A stretch of DNA of 59,745 nucleotides, counting the filler. It is 5 parts of 5 records of this genome, joined end to end, with 100 filler letters (N's around TTAATTAATTAA, not from the genome) between each part and the next. Parts side by side here need not be neighbours in the genome. Positions count along the whole stretch, not along the records: positions 46,612 to 59,745 come from SRR31156797_3631; 4 more parts are not named here. The stretch is one strand, 5' to 3'. Under the pieces are notes generated by a model that ran no database searches, was not told the origin of the DNA, and saw only the letters and a program-made list of their open reading frames with translations. Positions 59,723-59,745 of the stretch are shown here, piece by piece. Made by a program: the position numbers and the translations under genes. How positions within the stretch are numbered: position 1 is the stretch's first letter; each line of letters opens with the position of its first letter.

Positions 59723-59745
59723 GGTTAGAGTTTGAGAGCGGAGCG

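Larger units (their letters stand above)
46612..59745 (+). mobile_element. Integrative capsid-encoding, tail-less phage-satellite-like element (right end beyond window)
   Basis: att fragment, alpA/xis, primase-helicase, terS?, terL, com, portal, scaffold, MCP and tyrosine integrase in about 13 kb; no tail or lysis genes recognised. Confidence 0.85.

Noticed and set aside
59723-59745. Integron attC site or a specific IS end after int
   Set aside because: Only 23 nt visible; GTTAGAG does not fit GTTRRRY and no family can be assigned.

Overview
The window joins five unrelated contigs with artificial 100-bp linkers (N44-TTAATTAATTAA-N44) at 15906-16005, 25932-26031, 38033-38132 and 46512-46611. 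Taxon calls below are inferences from gene content only. (1) 1-15905: an FCB-group-like bacterium with PadR, a two-component system divergent from a His/Glu-rich lipoprotein, a GH20 hexosaminidase, an RRM protein, a TonB-dependent receptor and two secreted beta-propellers. (2) 16006-25931: a GC-rich, spirochaete-like sugar ABC operon with an FGGY kinase and two URO-D/MtaA-family proteins. (3) 26032-38032: a Methanosarcinaceae-like archaeal contig with AglB, multi-PAS histidine kinases and a CobW-type GTPase. (4) 38133-46511: an AT-rich bacterial contig with alpha-2-macroglobulin, a giant ankyrin protein and a HEPN protein. (5) 46612-59745, the main result: a >=13-kb integrative element bounded by a tRNA-Val(GAC) 3' fragment. 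It encodes AlpA/Xis, RHH regulators, an NrS-1-type primase-helicase, a putative TerS, TerL, portal, scaffold, major capsid protein and integrase, but no recognisable tail, lysis or CI genes, so it looks like a capsid-forming satellite. It also encodes a 55-aa Mu Com-family zinc finger missed by the ORF track. Bipartite GAG-N(1-2)-CC boxes sit in the 5' arm of inhibitory RNA hairpins in front of terL, portal and the capsid gene, suggesting a Com-controlled, RNA-level switch for capsid and packaging genes.
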